Below, one piece after another: positions 51,127 to 60,968 of a stretch of DNA of 64,000 bases. The translations under genes were made by a program, and so were the position numbers. Origin of the DNA: Oscillospiraceae bacterium (GTDB lineage Bacteria > Bacillota > Clostridia > Oscillospirales > Acutalibacteraceae). Position 1 is the stretch's first letter, and every line of letters begins with the position of its first letter. The notes beneath the pieces were generated by a model. That model worked only from the letters and a program-made list of their open reading frames with translations. It made no database searches and was not told the origin of the DNA. The DNA lies in assembly GCA_015066105.1 (NCBI GenBank), contig SVOY01000001.1, positions 458,127-522,126 of the forward strand, read 5' to 3'.

Positions 51127-52500
51127 ATGCCAAAGGAATACAGAACCATAAGCGAGGTTGCAGGTCCCCTTATGCTTGTCAGGGGCGTCAGCGATGTTTC
51201 ATATAACGAGCTTGGTGAAATTGAGCTTAAAAACGGTGAAAAACGCCGTTGCAGAGTGCTTGAGGTAAACGAGGATAACGTGCTCGTTCAGCTTTTTGAG
51301 TCCTCGGCAGGCATAAACCTTGCAGAAAGCAAGGTGCGCTTTTTGGGCAGACAGATGGAGCTTGCAGTTTCAGAGGATATGCTCGGCAGAGTTTTTGACG
51401 GCCTCGGCAGACCCGTTGACGGCGGCCCCTCAATTCTTCCCGAAAAAAGGCTTGACGTAAACGGCCTTCCCATGAACCCTGCCGCCCGTAATTATCCCAG
51501 TGAATTCATTCAGACGGGCGTTTCCGCCATTGACGGACTCAACACCCTTGTAAGAGGCCAGAAGCTCCCCATTTTTTCAGCCTCGGGTCTTCCCCACGCC
51601 GAGCTTGCCGCACAGATTGCAAGGCAGGCAAAGGTAAGGGGCACCGACGAGAGCTTTGCCGTTGTTTTTGCCGCTATGGGCATTACCTTTGAGGAGTCGG
51701 AGTTTTTTACAAATTCCTTTAAGGAAACGGGTGCCATTGACAGAACGGTTATGTTCACAAACCTTGCAAACGACCCCGCCATTGAAAGAATTGCAACACC
51801 AAAAATGGCAATGACCGCCGCGGAATACCTTGCCTTTGACAAGGGTATGCACGTGCTTGTTATTATGACGGATATCACAAACTATGCCGATGCACTGCGT
51901 GAGGTCTCTGCCGCACGTAAGGAGGTGCCCGGCAGAAGAGGCTATCCCGGATATATGTACACCGACCTTGCTTCGATTTATGAGCGTGCCGGCAGACAGA
52001 AGGGCAAAAACGGCTCAATTACCCTTATTCCCATTCTCACAATGCCCGAGGACGACAAAACCCACCCCATTCCCGACCTTACGGGCTACATCACAGAGGG
52101 ACAGATTATCCTTTCACGTGAGCTTCACAGACGCTCCGTTACACCGCCCATTGACGTTCTTCCCTCACTTTCGCGCCTTAAGGATAAGGGTATCGGCGAG
52201 GGCAAGACCCGTGCCGACCATTCGGGCACAATGAATCAGCTTTTCTCCGCCTATGCAAGGGGCAAGGACTGCAAGGAGCTGATGATGATACTCGGTGAAT
52301 CCGCACTTACGGAAATTGACCGTATTTACGCAAAATTTGCCGAGGCCTTTGAGGAAAAATATGTTTCTCAGGGCAACGAAACCGACAGAAGCATTGAGGA
52401 TACGCTTTCAATCGGCTGGGAGCTGCTTTCCATTCTGCCCAGAAGTGAGCTCAAGAGAATATCCGACGAATTCCTTGACAAATATTACATTGAAAAGTAG
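51127..52500 (+). CDS. ntpB: V-type ATPase subunit B
   Basis: 457 aa; conserved B-subunit core ([14 protein letters not shown]). Confidence 0.97.
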   Translation: MPKEYRTISEVAGPLMLVRGVSDVSYNELGEIELKNGEKRRCRVLEVNEDNVLVQLFESSAGINLAESKVRFLGRQMELAVSEDMLGRVFDGLGRPVDGGPSILPEKRLDVNGLPMNPAARNYPSEFIQTGVSAIDGLNTLVRGQKLPIFSASGLPHAELAAQIARQAKVRGTDESFAVVFAAMGITFEESEFFTNSFKETGAIDRTVMFTNLANDPAIERIATPKMAMTAAEYLAFDKGMHVLVIMTDITNYADALREVSAARKEVPGRRGYPGYMYTDLASIYERAGRQKGKNGSITLIPILTMPEDDKTHPIPDLTGYITEGQIILSRELHRRSVTPPIDVLPSLSRLKDKGIGEGKTRADHSGTMNQLFSAYARGKDCKELMMILGESALTEIDRIYAKFAEAFEEKYVSQGNETDRSIEDTLSIGWELLSILPRSELKRISDEFLDKYYIEK

Positions 52501-52510
52501 GTGAAGCCCG

Positions 52511-53161
52511 ATGGCGGTGATGAATGTCAATCCAACAAGAATGGAGCTTACCACACTTAAGAAAAAGCTTGTTACCGCCCGCCGCGGGCATAAGCTTTTA
52601 AAGGATAAGCGTGACGAGCTTATGCGGCAGTTTTTGCTGCTTGTGAAGGAAAACAAGGCTCTTCGCAAAACCGTTGAGGAAAAAATGAAGCGCGCCAATG
52701 CCTTTATGGCTCTTGCCTCGGGTGAAATGAGCGACAGCGAAATCAACGTTGCTCTTATGCTTTCGGGTCAGAAGGTAGGCGTTGAGCTGAAAAAGAAAAA
52801 TGTTATGAGCGTATCCGTGCCCGAATATACGTTCAACCGCAGACTCGGCGAGGATGACGGCGGCTTTTCCTACGGCTTTGCCTTCACCTCGGGCGACCTT
52901 GACGAGGCAATAAGAATTTACACCTCACTTTCCGAGGATTTGCTCAGGCTTGCCGAGGTTGAAAAAACCTGTCAGCTGCTTGCAAGGGAGATTGAGGGCA
53001 CACGCAGAAGGGTAAACGCCCTTGAGCACGTGCTTATCACCGATTATGAGGATACGATTAAATATATCTCCGTAAAGCTTGAGGAAAACGACAGAAGCAA
53101 CATAACAAGGCTTATGAAGGTCAAGGATATGATGCTTGAAAAGGCACACAACTATAATTGA
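52511..53161 (+). CDS. ntpD: V-type ATPase subunit D
   Basis: 216 aa; N-terminal NPTRMEL..LK motif. Confidence 0.9.
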   Translation: MAVMNVNPTRMELTTLKKKLVTARRGHKLLKDKRDELMRQFLLLVKENKALRKTVEEKMKRANAFMALASGEMSDSEINVALMLSGQKVGVELKKKNVMSVSVPEYTFNRRLGEDDGGFSYGFAFTSGDLDEAIRIYTSLSEDLLRLAEVEKTCQLLAREIEGTRRRVNALEHVLITDYEDTIKYISVKLEENDRSNITRLMKVKDMMLEKAHNYN

Positions 53162-53165
53162 GATT

Positions 53166-53191
53166 AAAGGGATGTCACGGCATCCCTTTTT
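53166..53191 (+). terminator. rho-independent terminator of the ntp operon
   Basis: 9-bp stem aaagggatg / catcccttt followed by a T run. Confidence 0.8.
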
Positions 53192-53202
53192 AAGGTGAAA
53201 AA

Positions 53203-53985
53203 ATGACGGAAAAACAGGAGCTTATATCACACATACTTGATTTAAAGGAAAAATCCGCAACGGAAAGCATAATTACCTCAAGCTCATTTTTATCGGTTGA
53301 TGAGCTTTCAGACGTCATAAAGGAAGAAAAGGTCAACAACAGATATGTTGATGCCTTTTATTACGGCGGCTATGAGGATGCCGAGCGTAAAACGGCTGTT
53401 TTTGTGCCGACCTTTTACGGTGTCAACGAGGATAAAATTGAAAGCTTTCTTAACGAAAACGAGTGTAATCCCGTTTCCTTACTGCTTGTAAAAAAGGATA
53501 AATTCACTTCTCTTACCCACCGAGATTATCTCGGTGCCCTTATGGGGCTCGGCCTTAAGCGCGAGGTTATCGGCGACATTGTTGCAAGTGACGACGGCTG
53601 CAGTATATTCTGCCTTAAGTCGGTTGCCGCCTTTATTGCCGAAAATCTTAGACGGGCGGGCAGAGGCAGTCTCACGGTGACCGTTGCCGATAAAAGCAAA
53701 ATGAGCATCAGCACCGCCGCAACAGAAACGGTTTTTGTTTCCGTTGCTTCAATGAGGCTTGACTGCCTTGTTGCCGCAGTGTTCAGGCTTTCAAGGCCTG
53801 CCGCCGCCGAGGCGATAAAGCAGGGGCTTGTTTATGTAAACAGTGCACAGCTTTTAAAATGCGACCACAACCTTAAAAAGGGTGATAAGCTTGTTTTAAG
53901 GGGTAAGGGCAAGGCTCTCATCGGTGAAACGCAGGGTCACAGCAAAAAGGGCAGAATACACCTTAACATAAAAAGATACCTATGA
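53203..53985 (+). CDS. ylmH: YlmH-family S4-domain RNA-binding protein
   Basis: 260 aa; central RDYLGALMGLGLKRE motif and a C-terminal S4 domain. Confidence 0.75.
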   Translation: MTEKQELISHILDLKEKSATESIITSSSFLSVDELSDVIKEEKVNNRYVDAFYYGGYEDAERKTAVFVPTFYGVNEDKIESFLNENECNPVSLLLVKKDKFTSLTHRDYLGALMGLGLKREVIGDIVASDDGCSIFCLKSVAAFIAENLRRAGRGSLTVTVADKSKMSISTAATETVFVSVASMRLDCLVAAVFRLSRPAAAEAIKQGLVYVNSAQLLKCDHNLKKGDKLVLRGKGKALIGETQGHSKKGRIHLNIKRYL

Positions 53986-54016
53986 AGCCAAGGGCCCGTA
54001 GGTATCTTTATTTTTA
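53974..54016. terminator. bidirectional terminator between ylmH and dapA
   Basis: 9-bp stem agataccta / taggtatct flanked by A and T runs. Confidence 0.7.
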
Positions 54017-54919
54017 TAACTGTTTTTCGTTTTTTATCAGATAACCGTACCTGTCAAGCACATCTGAAATAAGGTTAAGGTTGCCCTCACTTGCGTTTGC
54101 AAGGGGCATTCTCATGCGTGCAGTGCACATACCGAGCATATTCATTGCCTCTTTTACGGGTATGGGGTTTACGTCGCAGAAAAGCTTCTGTGCAAGCTCC
54201 ATTACCTCATTCTGCATTTCAAGGCACTCTTTATTTTTGCCCTTAACGCCGTATTCTGCCATTTTGTGCGTAAAGGCGGGAAGAATGTTTGCCAGCACCG
54301 AAACAACGCCCTTACAGCCCACAGCGCAGGCTGAGGAAATCATATCGTCATTGCCGACGTAAAAATCAAGCCTATCCTCACAAAGATAAACCGCCCTTTG
54401 CAATTTGACAATATTTGTGTCAGCCTCCTTGACGCCCCTTATGTTTTCGTGGCACGAAAGCTCCCTGTAGGTTTCGGGTGTGATGTTCATTCCCGTGCGT
54501 GAGGGCACATTATAAACAATAACCGGCTTTTCAAGTCTGTCGGCAAGGTAAAAATAGTGCCTGATAAGGCCCTTTTGCGAGGTTTTGTTGTAGTAGGGCG
54601 TTACCATAAGGTGAGCATCGGCACCGCATTTTTCAGCCTCTTTTGCAACGTCAAGGGTAAAAAAAGTGCTATTACTGCCTGTGCCGCAGATAAGGGGAGC
54701 TCTGCCTCTTATTTTTTCTGCGGCAAAACGGAACAATGATAATCTTTCCTCAACTGAAAGTGTTGAACCCTCACCGGTTGTTCCGCAAACAATAATAGCA
54801 TCAGTATTATTTGCTGTTTGGAATTCTATAAGCTTTTCAAAAACGTCATAATCGATTTTTCCGTCCTTACTGAAGGGCGTTACAAGTGCAACACCGCTGC
54901 CTGTAAAGACACAGCTCAA
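54014..54919 (-). CDS. dapA: 4-hydroxy-tetrahydrodipicolinate synthase
   Basis: 301 aa; TTG start 8 nt after AAGGAGG; GSGVALVTPF, GTTGE and the Schiff-base Lys region. Confidence 0.9.
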   Translation of the reverse strand: MSCVFTGSGVALVTPFSKDGKIDYDVFEKLIEFQTANNTDAIIVCGTTGEGSTLSVEERLSLFRFAAEKIRGRAPLICGTGSNSTFFTLDVAKEAEKCGADAHLMVTPYYNKTSQKGLIRHYFYLADRLEKPVIVYNVPSRTGMNITPETYRELSCHENIRGVKEADTNIVKLQRAVYLCEDRLDFYVGNDDMISSACAVGCKGVVSVLANILPAFTHKMAEYGVKGKNKECLEMQNEVMELAQKLFCDVNPIPVKEAMNMLGMCTARMRMPLANASEGNLNLISDVLDRYGYLIKNEKQL

Positions 54920-54932
54920 AAGAAAACCTCCT

Positions 54933-55209
54933 TAGGGTGACGAGTGTAATCCGAAACTCGTTTTTTTCTGGCGGATTTCCGCCAATTCTTCGTTAAAATA
55001 CTCGCAAATCCGACAGGATTTGCTGTGTTTTGTGCCTTGATTTGCCAAAAATCCGCTTCGAAAAAAATCATTGACCTTAAAGTGCGAATTTTTGCAGGAT
55101 TTTTGGATGATGAGGATGACGAAAGGCTGCCGCCTTTCTAATCCGAATCGCCGAAAAGTCGTGAAAAATCACGCTTTAAGGCGAGATTCAGATTGCACTC
55201 GTCACCCTA
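54933..55209. mobile_element. MITE-like insertion (273 bp plus TA/TA) with 27-bp imperfect terminal inverted repeats
   Basis: The left end at 54935 is GGGTGACGAGTGTAATCCGAAACTCGT. The reverse complement of the right end (55181-55207) is GGGTGACGAGTGCAATCTGAATCTCGC, a 23/27 match with the first 12 bases perfect. TA dinucleotides flank both ends. The interior has at least four perfect hairpins and no ORF. Confidence 0.7.
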
Positions 55210-56295
55210 ATCAATATAACCCTCAGCGCAAAGCAGCTCTGCAAGTAAAACTGCACCGCCTGCCGCGCCTCTGAGTGTGTTGTGTGAAAGGCATACGAAT
55301 TTATAATCGTACTGGGTGTCCTCACGGAGTCTGCCCACGGAAACAGCCATACCGTTTTCAAGTGTACGGTTGAGCTTTGTCTGAGGCATATTATCCTCGG
55401 TGAAGTAATGAAGGAACTTTTTGGGGGCAGAGGGAAGCTCAAGCTCCTGAGCTCTGCCTGCAAAGCTGTTCCAGGCTTCGATAATTTCTTCCTTTGAAGG
55501 CTTTTTGCCGTCCTCAAATCTCATAAACACGGCACCCATGTGACCGTCTGAAACGGGAACTCTGATGCACTGAGCGGTGAAAGCGGGGGATGTGGCCTTT
55601 TTGATTTCGCCGTTTTCCACGCTGCCCCAGATTTTAAGGGGCTCCTGCTCGCTCTTTTCTTCCTCGCCGCCGATGTAGGGGATTACGTTATCAACCATTT
55701 CGGGCCAGCTTTCAAAGGTTTTGCCTGCGCCTGAAATTGCCTGATAGGTGCACACAAGCACCTCCTTAACGCCGTACTTTTTGTCAAGGGGATAGATGGC
55801 GGGAACATAGCTCTGAAGTGAGCAGTTTGACTTAACTGCAACAAAGCCTCTCTTTGTGCCGAGTCTCTTTCTCTGGTCGTCAATAACCCTGATGTGGTCA
55901 GCGTTGATTTCGGGAATTACCATAGGCACGTCGGGAGTGAAGCGGTGTGCACTGTTGTTTGAAATTACGGGGCACTCCTGCTTTGCATAAGCCTCCTCAA
56001 GGGCTCTGATTTCGTCCTTTTTCATATCAACCGCACAGAAAACAAAGTCAACTGCCGCTGCAATTTCCTCAATGTCATCTGTAGCATTTCTGATAATCAT
56101 ATTTTCCATTTTTTCGGGCATTGCATCAGCAATTCTCCATCTTTCGCCAACGGCCTCCTTGTAGGTTTTGCCTGCTGAACGTCCGCTTGCGGCAAGCACG
56201 GTTACATCAAACCAGGGATGATTTGCAAGGATTGTAGCAAATCTCTGGCCGACCATACCCGTTGCACCGATGATACCAACCTTATATTTTTTCAT
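55207..56295 (-). CDS. asd: aspartate-semialdehyde dehydrogenase
   Basis: ORF to 56304; ATG 56295 preferred (SD AGAGGTG). GATGMVGQ NAD motif and the catalytic-Cys motif SNCS. Confidence 0.92.
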   Translation of the reverse strand: MKKYKVGIIGATGMVGQRFATILANHPWFDVTVLAASGRSAGKTYKEAVGERWRIADAMPEKMENMIIRNATDDIEEIAAAVDFVFCAVDMKKDEIRALEEAYAKQECPVISNNSAHRFTPDVPMVIPEINADHIRVIDDQRKRLGTKRGFVAVKSNCSLQSYVPAIYPLDKKYGVKEVLVCTYQAISGAGKTFESWPEMVDNVIPYIGGEEEKSEQEPLKIWGSVENGEIKKATSPAFTAQCIRVPVSDGHMGAVFMRFEDGKKPSKEEIIEAWNSFAGRAQELELPSAPKKFLHYFTEDNMPQTKLNRTLENGMAVSVGRLREDTQYDYKFVCLSHNTLRGAAGGAVLLAELLCAEGYID

Positions 56296-56387
56296 AAATA
56301 ACACCTCTTTAGAATTTTACTTAATTATTTTTGCATAAACTGTTGCCTAATTCAGCATTATGCACTATAATATAAAATAACTTTTAT

Positions 56388-56416
56388 ATAATATCACTTA
56401 AACGGATATATGTCAA
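56388..56416 (-). promoter_or_regulatory. asd promoter (TTGACA-17-TATTAT)
   Basis: Hexamers read on the minus strand, about 90 nt upstream of the asd ATG. Confidence 0.6.
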
Positions 56417-56453
56417 TTTTATTTTACAATTTTTTTAAGCAAAGGAAAGAAAA

Positions 56454-57479
56454 ATGAAAAAATCTGACTTCTTTTATGATTTACCCGAGGAGCTTATCGC
56501 CCAGCACCCCATTGAGCCCCGTGACCATTCAAGGCTTATGACCGTTGACAGGGTAAGCGGAGAAATTGAGCATAAGCATTTTTATGATATTCTTGACGAG
56601 CTTAAGGCGGGTGACTGCCTTATTCTCAACAATACGAGGGTTCTGCCTGCAAGAATTTACGGTATAAAAGAGGATACGGGCGCAAGGGTTGAATTTCTGC
56701 TTCTTACCAACAGGGGCGACGACGTATGGGAATGTATCACCGGCCCCGGAAAAAGGGCAAAGCCGGGCACAAAATTCACCTTCGGCAACGGTATTTTAAG
56801 GGCTGAGGTGCTTGACGTGCTTGAAGGCGGCAACAGACTTGCAAAATTTTACTGCGAGGGTAATTTCTACAACAATCTCGAAAAAGTCGGTCAGATGCCT
56901 CTGCCGCCCTATATTACGGCAAGGCTTGAAAACCAGGAAAGATATCAGACCGTTTATTCAAAGGAAAGGGGCTCGGCGGCGGCACCTACGGCAGGGCTTC
57001 ATTTCACCAATGAGCTTATGGATAAAATCAAGGCCAAGGGTGTGAATATCGGCTACGTTACGCTTCACGTGGGCTTAGGCACCTTCAGACCCGTCAAGGC
57101 TGATGATATTACACAACATCATATGCATTCTGAGCATTATTGGTTACCGGCAGAAACGGCTGAGCTTATTAACACCGCAAAGAAAAACGGCGGCAGAGTT
57201 ATAGCTGTCGGCACAACAAGCTGCCGTACCCTTGAATCCGTTGCAAGCTTTGAGGGTGAGATAAAGGAGAGTGAGGGTTGGACGGATATTTTCATTTATC
57301 CCGGCTATGAATTCAAGTGCATTGATGCCCTCATCACCAACTTTCACCTGCCCGAAAGCACGCTTATAATGCTTGTAAGTGCTTTCTGCGGCTATGAGAA
57401 CACAATGAATTTTTACAAAAGGGCCGTTGAGGAAAAATACAGATTTTTCTCCTTCGGCGATGCGGTATTTATCGGTTGA
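56454..57479 (+). CDS. queA: S-adenosylmethionine:tRNA ribosyltransferase-isomerase
   Basis: 341 aa; [12 protein letters not shown] start and the C-terminal RFFSFGDA motif. Confidence 0.95.
   Translation: MKKSDFFYDLPEELIAQHPIEPRDHSRLMTVDRVSGEIEHKHFYDILDELKAGDCLILNNTRVLPARIYGIKEDTGARVEFLLLTNRGDDVWECITGPGKRAKPGTKFTFGNGILRAEVLDVLEGGNRLAKFYCEGNFYNNLEKVGQMPLPPYITARLENQERYQTVYSKERGSAAAPTAGLHFTNELMDKIKAKGVNIGYVTLHVGLGTFRPVKADDITQHHMHSEHYWLPAETAELINTAKKNGGRVIAVGTTSCRTLESVASFEGEIKESEGWTDIFIYPGYEFKCIDALITNFHLPESTLIMLVSAFCGYENTMNFYKRAVEEKYRFFSFGDAVFIG
57454..57470 (+). repeat. 17-bp direct repeat, copy 1 (TCGGCGATGCGGTATTT), inside the queA 3' end
   Basis: Identical 17/17 to 58203-58219. Confidence 0.95.
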
Positions 57480-57547
57480 ATTATATGTTACGCAGTTTAA
57501 TCGCATAATTGCAAAGGTATTTTATCTGAAAATATCAATCCTTTTTA

Positions 57548-57575
57548 TTGACTTTATCCGATAATATGATAAGAT
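57548..57575 (+). promoter_or_regulatory. cassette promoter (TTGACT, extended -10 TGATAAGAT)
   Basis: Read directly, about 40 nt upstream of the toxin ATG. Confidence 0.5.
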
Positions 57576-57615
57576 AGTTATAGAGAGTTTCATATATTGG
57601 TGACGGAGTGTTTTT

Positions 57616-57876
57616 ATGATTATCAGGTATTCAAAAGACGCGTTGAAATTTTTGGCCAAGCTGGATAAAAAGTCTGTTACAAGAATAAGAGAGGCTATTG
57701 CCGGCTTAACCCTTGTTCCGCCTGTAGGCGATATTAAACTGATGCAAGGCTATAACGATGAGAGAAAGAGACTCAGAGTAGGCTCCTGGCGGATTATTTA
57801 TAAGTACGGTACAGATAATAACATTGAGATACTTTTCATCATTGATATAGGAAACCGCGGAGATATTTATAAATAA
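57616..57876 (+). CDS. RelE/ParE-superfamily type II toxin
   Basis: 86 aa; RLRVGSWRIIY...ILFIIDIGNRGDIY pattern typical of RelE/ParE toxins. Confidence 0.75.
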   Translation: MIIRYSKDALKFLAKLDKKSVTRIREAIAGLTLVPPVGDIKLMQGYNDERKRLRVGSWRIIYKYGTDNNIEILFIIDIGNRGDIYK

Positions 57877-57888
57877 GGAGGAAAGTAT

Positions 57889-58110
57889 ATGTCTGATGTT
57901 GCAATAGATGCTGCAAGGCTTTTGGATATGCTGCCTGAAAGTGATAAACAGTTTGCTTATGAGTTTATAAAAAAACTTGTTCTTGCCTGGGACCCTGATT
58001 TCACAAAGGTTACCTCCGAGGAAGCAAAGCACATTGCTGCAGCAGAGAACAGCGGCTTTGTTGATGAAGCAGATATTGACTGGGATAATCTCAGCTCAAT
58101 AGCTCAGTAA
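57889..58110 (+). CDS. putative cognate antitoxin (acidic, helical, no recognisable DNA-binding fold)
   Basis: 73 aa; SD GGAGGAA; 12 nt downstream of the toxin; strongly acidic. Confidence 0.5.
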   Translation: MSDVAIDAARLLDMLPESDKQFAYEFIKKLVLAWDPDFTKVTSEEAKHIAAAENSGFVDEADIDWDNLSSIAQ

Positions 58111-58202
58111 GCTTGCAAAGTGACGCAGGGGATTTTATCTCTTGCGTTGTTTTTTGAAAATTATTATATAAAATATCGCTGATTATACTGATATTAAAAT
58201 TG

Positions 58203-58219
58203 TCGGCGATGCGGTATTT
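58203..58219 (+). repeat. 17-bp direct repeat, copy 2, immediately upstream of the tgt SD
   Basis: Identical to 57454-57470; followed by CTGAGGTGAAACTATG (the tgt start). Confidence 0.95.
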
Positions 58220-58223
58220 CTGA

Positions 58224-59363
<1,140 letters not shown>

Positions 59364-59381
59364 AATAAATCCATTAAACAC

Positions 59382-59410
59382 TTGATATTTTATCATTGTT
59401 TTGATATAAT
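59382..59410 (+). promoter_or_regulatory. candidate yajC promoter (TTGATA-17-TATAAT)
   Basis: Hexamers and spacing read directly. Confidence 0.45.
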
Positions 59411-59441
59411 AGCGAGGATATTATTTACGGAGGTTAAAATT

Positions 59442-59831
59442 ATGTACTTTTTAACACAGGAAGCATCACCCATGGGCAGCACCGGTATGATTGTTATGCT
59501 TGTAGGTATGTTCGCACTTATGTATTTCATGACAATCCGTCCTCAGAAGAAGAGACAGAAGGAAGAGCAGGAAATGCGTAACGCTGTTGAGGTTGGCGAC
59601 GAAATCACAACAATCGGCGGCATCTGCGGCAGAATCGTTACCGTTAAGGAAGACAGACTTATCATTGAAACAGGCAGCGATAAAAACAAGATGACGGTTA
59701 CCCGTTGGGCTGTTCAGGCTAACAACACTGCAAATGAAAGACTTGCCGCTCAGAGAGCTGCAGCTAAGGAAGCAGCTGAAAAGGCAAAGGCTGAAAAGAA
59801 AAAGAACAAGGAAAACAAAGACGTTCTTTAA
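59442..59831 (+). CDS. yajC: preprotein translocase subunit YajC with a Lys/Ala/Glu-rich C-terminal tail
   Basis: ATG 59442 (SD GGAGG). One TM helix followed by IRPQKKRQKE and the V.VGD.I.T.GG..G motif. Confidence 0.85.
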   Translation: MYFLTQEASPMGSTGMIVMLVGMFALMYFMTIRPQKKRQKEEQEMRNAVEVGDEITTIGGICGRIVTVKEDRLIIETGSDKNKMTVTRWAVQANNTANERLAAQRAAAKEAAEKAKAEKKKNKENKDVL

Positions 59832-59892
59832 TTTGCATAAAACACAAATCCTTCTCATATCCTTTACAAAAGGGTCTGAGGAGGATTTTTTC

Positions 59893-60333
59893 ATGCAGAA
59901 GCAATCTGTTAAAAACAAAACGGCAAAGCCCGACAGAGGCAAAATCAAGGCTGTTTTGTTGCCGATTTTATATTCCTTACTGCTGCAGAGCTGTTTTTTT
60001 GTTGCGGCTTGTATTCTGAGCCTTCTTATCGGCATCAGCCGCAGTGATTATTACCTTGCTTGCGTTGTTGCGCTCTCACTCGGCAGTGCCGCCGCAGGCT
60101 TTGCTTCGGGAAAAATAAAGGGCGAAAGGGGTATGCTTTACGGCACGTTATTCACCTTGCCCTCAAACGTAATATACATATTTTTATCGGTGGCACTCAA
60201 CGGCTTCAGCTTCGATTATAATCTGTTTCTCAGCTTCGCCGTGCTCGTTGTGTGCTCGGCCGTGGGCGGAATTGTTTCGGTCAACACACGCTCAAAGCCC
60301 CGTATAAAAAAGCCGAAGCGCAGTAAACGATGA
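59893..60333 (+). CDS. small polytopic membrane protein (YrzE/TIGR04086-like)
   Basis: ATG 59893 after GAGGAGG; four predicted TM helices; basic C-terminus. The longer ORF from 59734 overlaps yajC and was rejected. Confidence 0.55.
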   Translation: MQKQSVKNKTAKPDRGKIKAVLLPILYSLLLQSCFFVAACILSLLIGISRSDYYLACVVALSLGSAAAGFASGKIKGERGMLYGTLFTLPSNVIYIFLSVALNGFSFDYNLFLSFAVLVVCSAVGGIVSVNTRSKPRIKKPKRSKR

Positions 60334-60956
60334 AAGAAAAGGGCAACAGATTACTTTTAAGGCTGAATGTTGCAGAGCTTTTAAGGGACGGGGGATTGCT
60401 CTTTTCCTTTCTGTTTGTTTTTATCGGCCTTGTTATCGGTGCCGTGGCTCCGTTGCTTTCTGCTGACGGTACGGCAGGCGAAATACTTTCACTTTTTGTT
60501 TCGTTCAATACACAGCTTGCGGATAAGAGTAAAATTGAAATTTTTTCCGGTATTGCTTTAAGCGGCCTTTTATATTTCGGGCTGATGTTCCTTTTCGGCG
60601 GAAACATTTTCGGCAAGGAGCTACTGCTTTTTGTCACTGCAATCAAGGCCTCGGGAATTACGGCGGTGATTACCTTTTTGTATTCGCAGTACGCCTTGAA
60701 GGGCCTTGAGTATTGCCTTCTTGTTTTTATGCCGGGCAAGATAATTCTGATATTTGCCATGCTTTTTCTGACAAAAAGCTGTTATGATTTTTCAAAAAAA
60801 CTGAGAAAGGGCTTTGCGCAGGCCGAGGAAAACAAAACCGCCGTAAGGCTGTTTTCCCTCAAGGCGGTGATTTCACTTTTAATTTTAATGCTCTCATGGA
60901 CAGCGGATTTTCTGTGCATCCTTGTTTTTTCGGGCCTTTTTGACTTTAAACAGTAA
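60330..60956 (+). CDS. spoIIM: stage II sporulation protein M-like membrane protein
   Basis: 208 aa; about five TM helices; size, topology and adjacency to a xer-type recombinase resemble the spoIIM context in Firmicutes. Confidence 0.5.
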   Translation: MKEKGNRLLLRLNVAELLRDGGLLFSFLFVFIGLVIGAVAPLLSADGTAGEILSLFVSFNTQLADKSKIEIFSGIALSGLLYFGLMFLFGGNIFGKELLLFVTAIKASGITAVITFLYSQYALKGLEYCLLVFMPGKIILIFAMLFLTKSCYDFSKKLRKGFAQAEENKTAVRLFSLKAVISLLILMLSWTADFLCILVFSGLFDFKQ

Positions 60957-60968
60957 AAAAACCGACCC

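Noticed and set aside
54920-55206. Lysine (L-box) riboswitch upstream of dapA
   Set aside because: The location is plausible, but the minus-strand sequence lacks the conserved L-box blocks (AGAGGNGC, GTCGCCGAAG-like, CTGTCA). The terminal inverted repeats plus the TA/TA flanks fit an inserted element better.
55071-55517. Small ORFs 55071-55274(+) and 55188-55517(-)
   Set aside because: The first lies inside the MITE-like element and runs into asd on the antisense strand; the second is out of frame within asd. Neither has a start context.
56305-56453. preQ1 riboswitch before queA, or an L-box before asd
   Set aside because: The region contains only divergent AT-rich promoters; no preQ1-I or L-box consensus segments are visible.
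59734-59892. N-terminal extension of ORF 59734-60333 overlapping yajC
   Set aside because: This part is a Lys/Arg-rich out-of-frame translation of the yajC tail. A good SD plus ATG at 59893 precedes the first TM helix.
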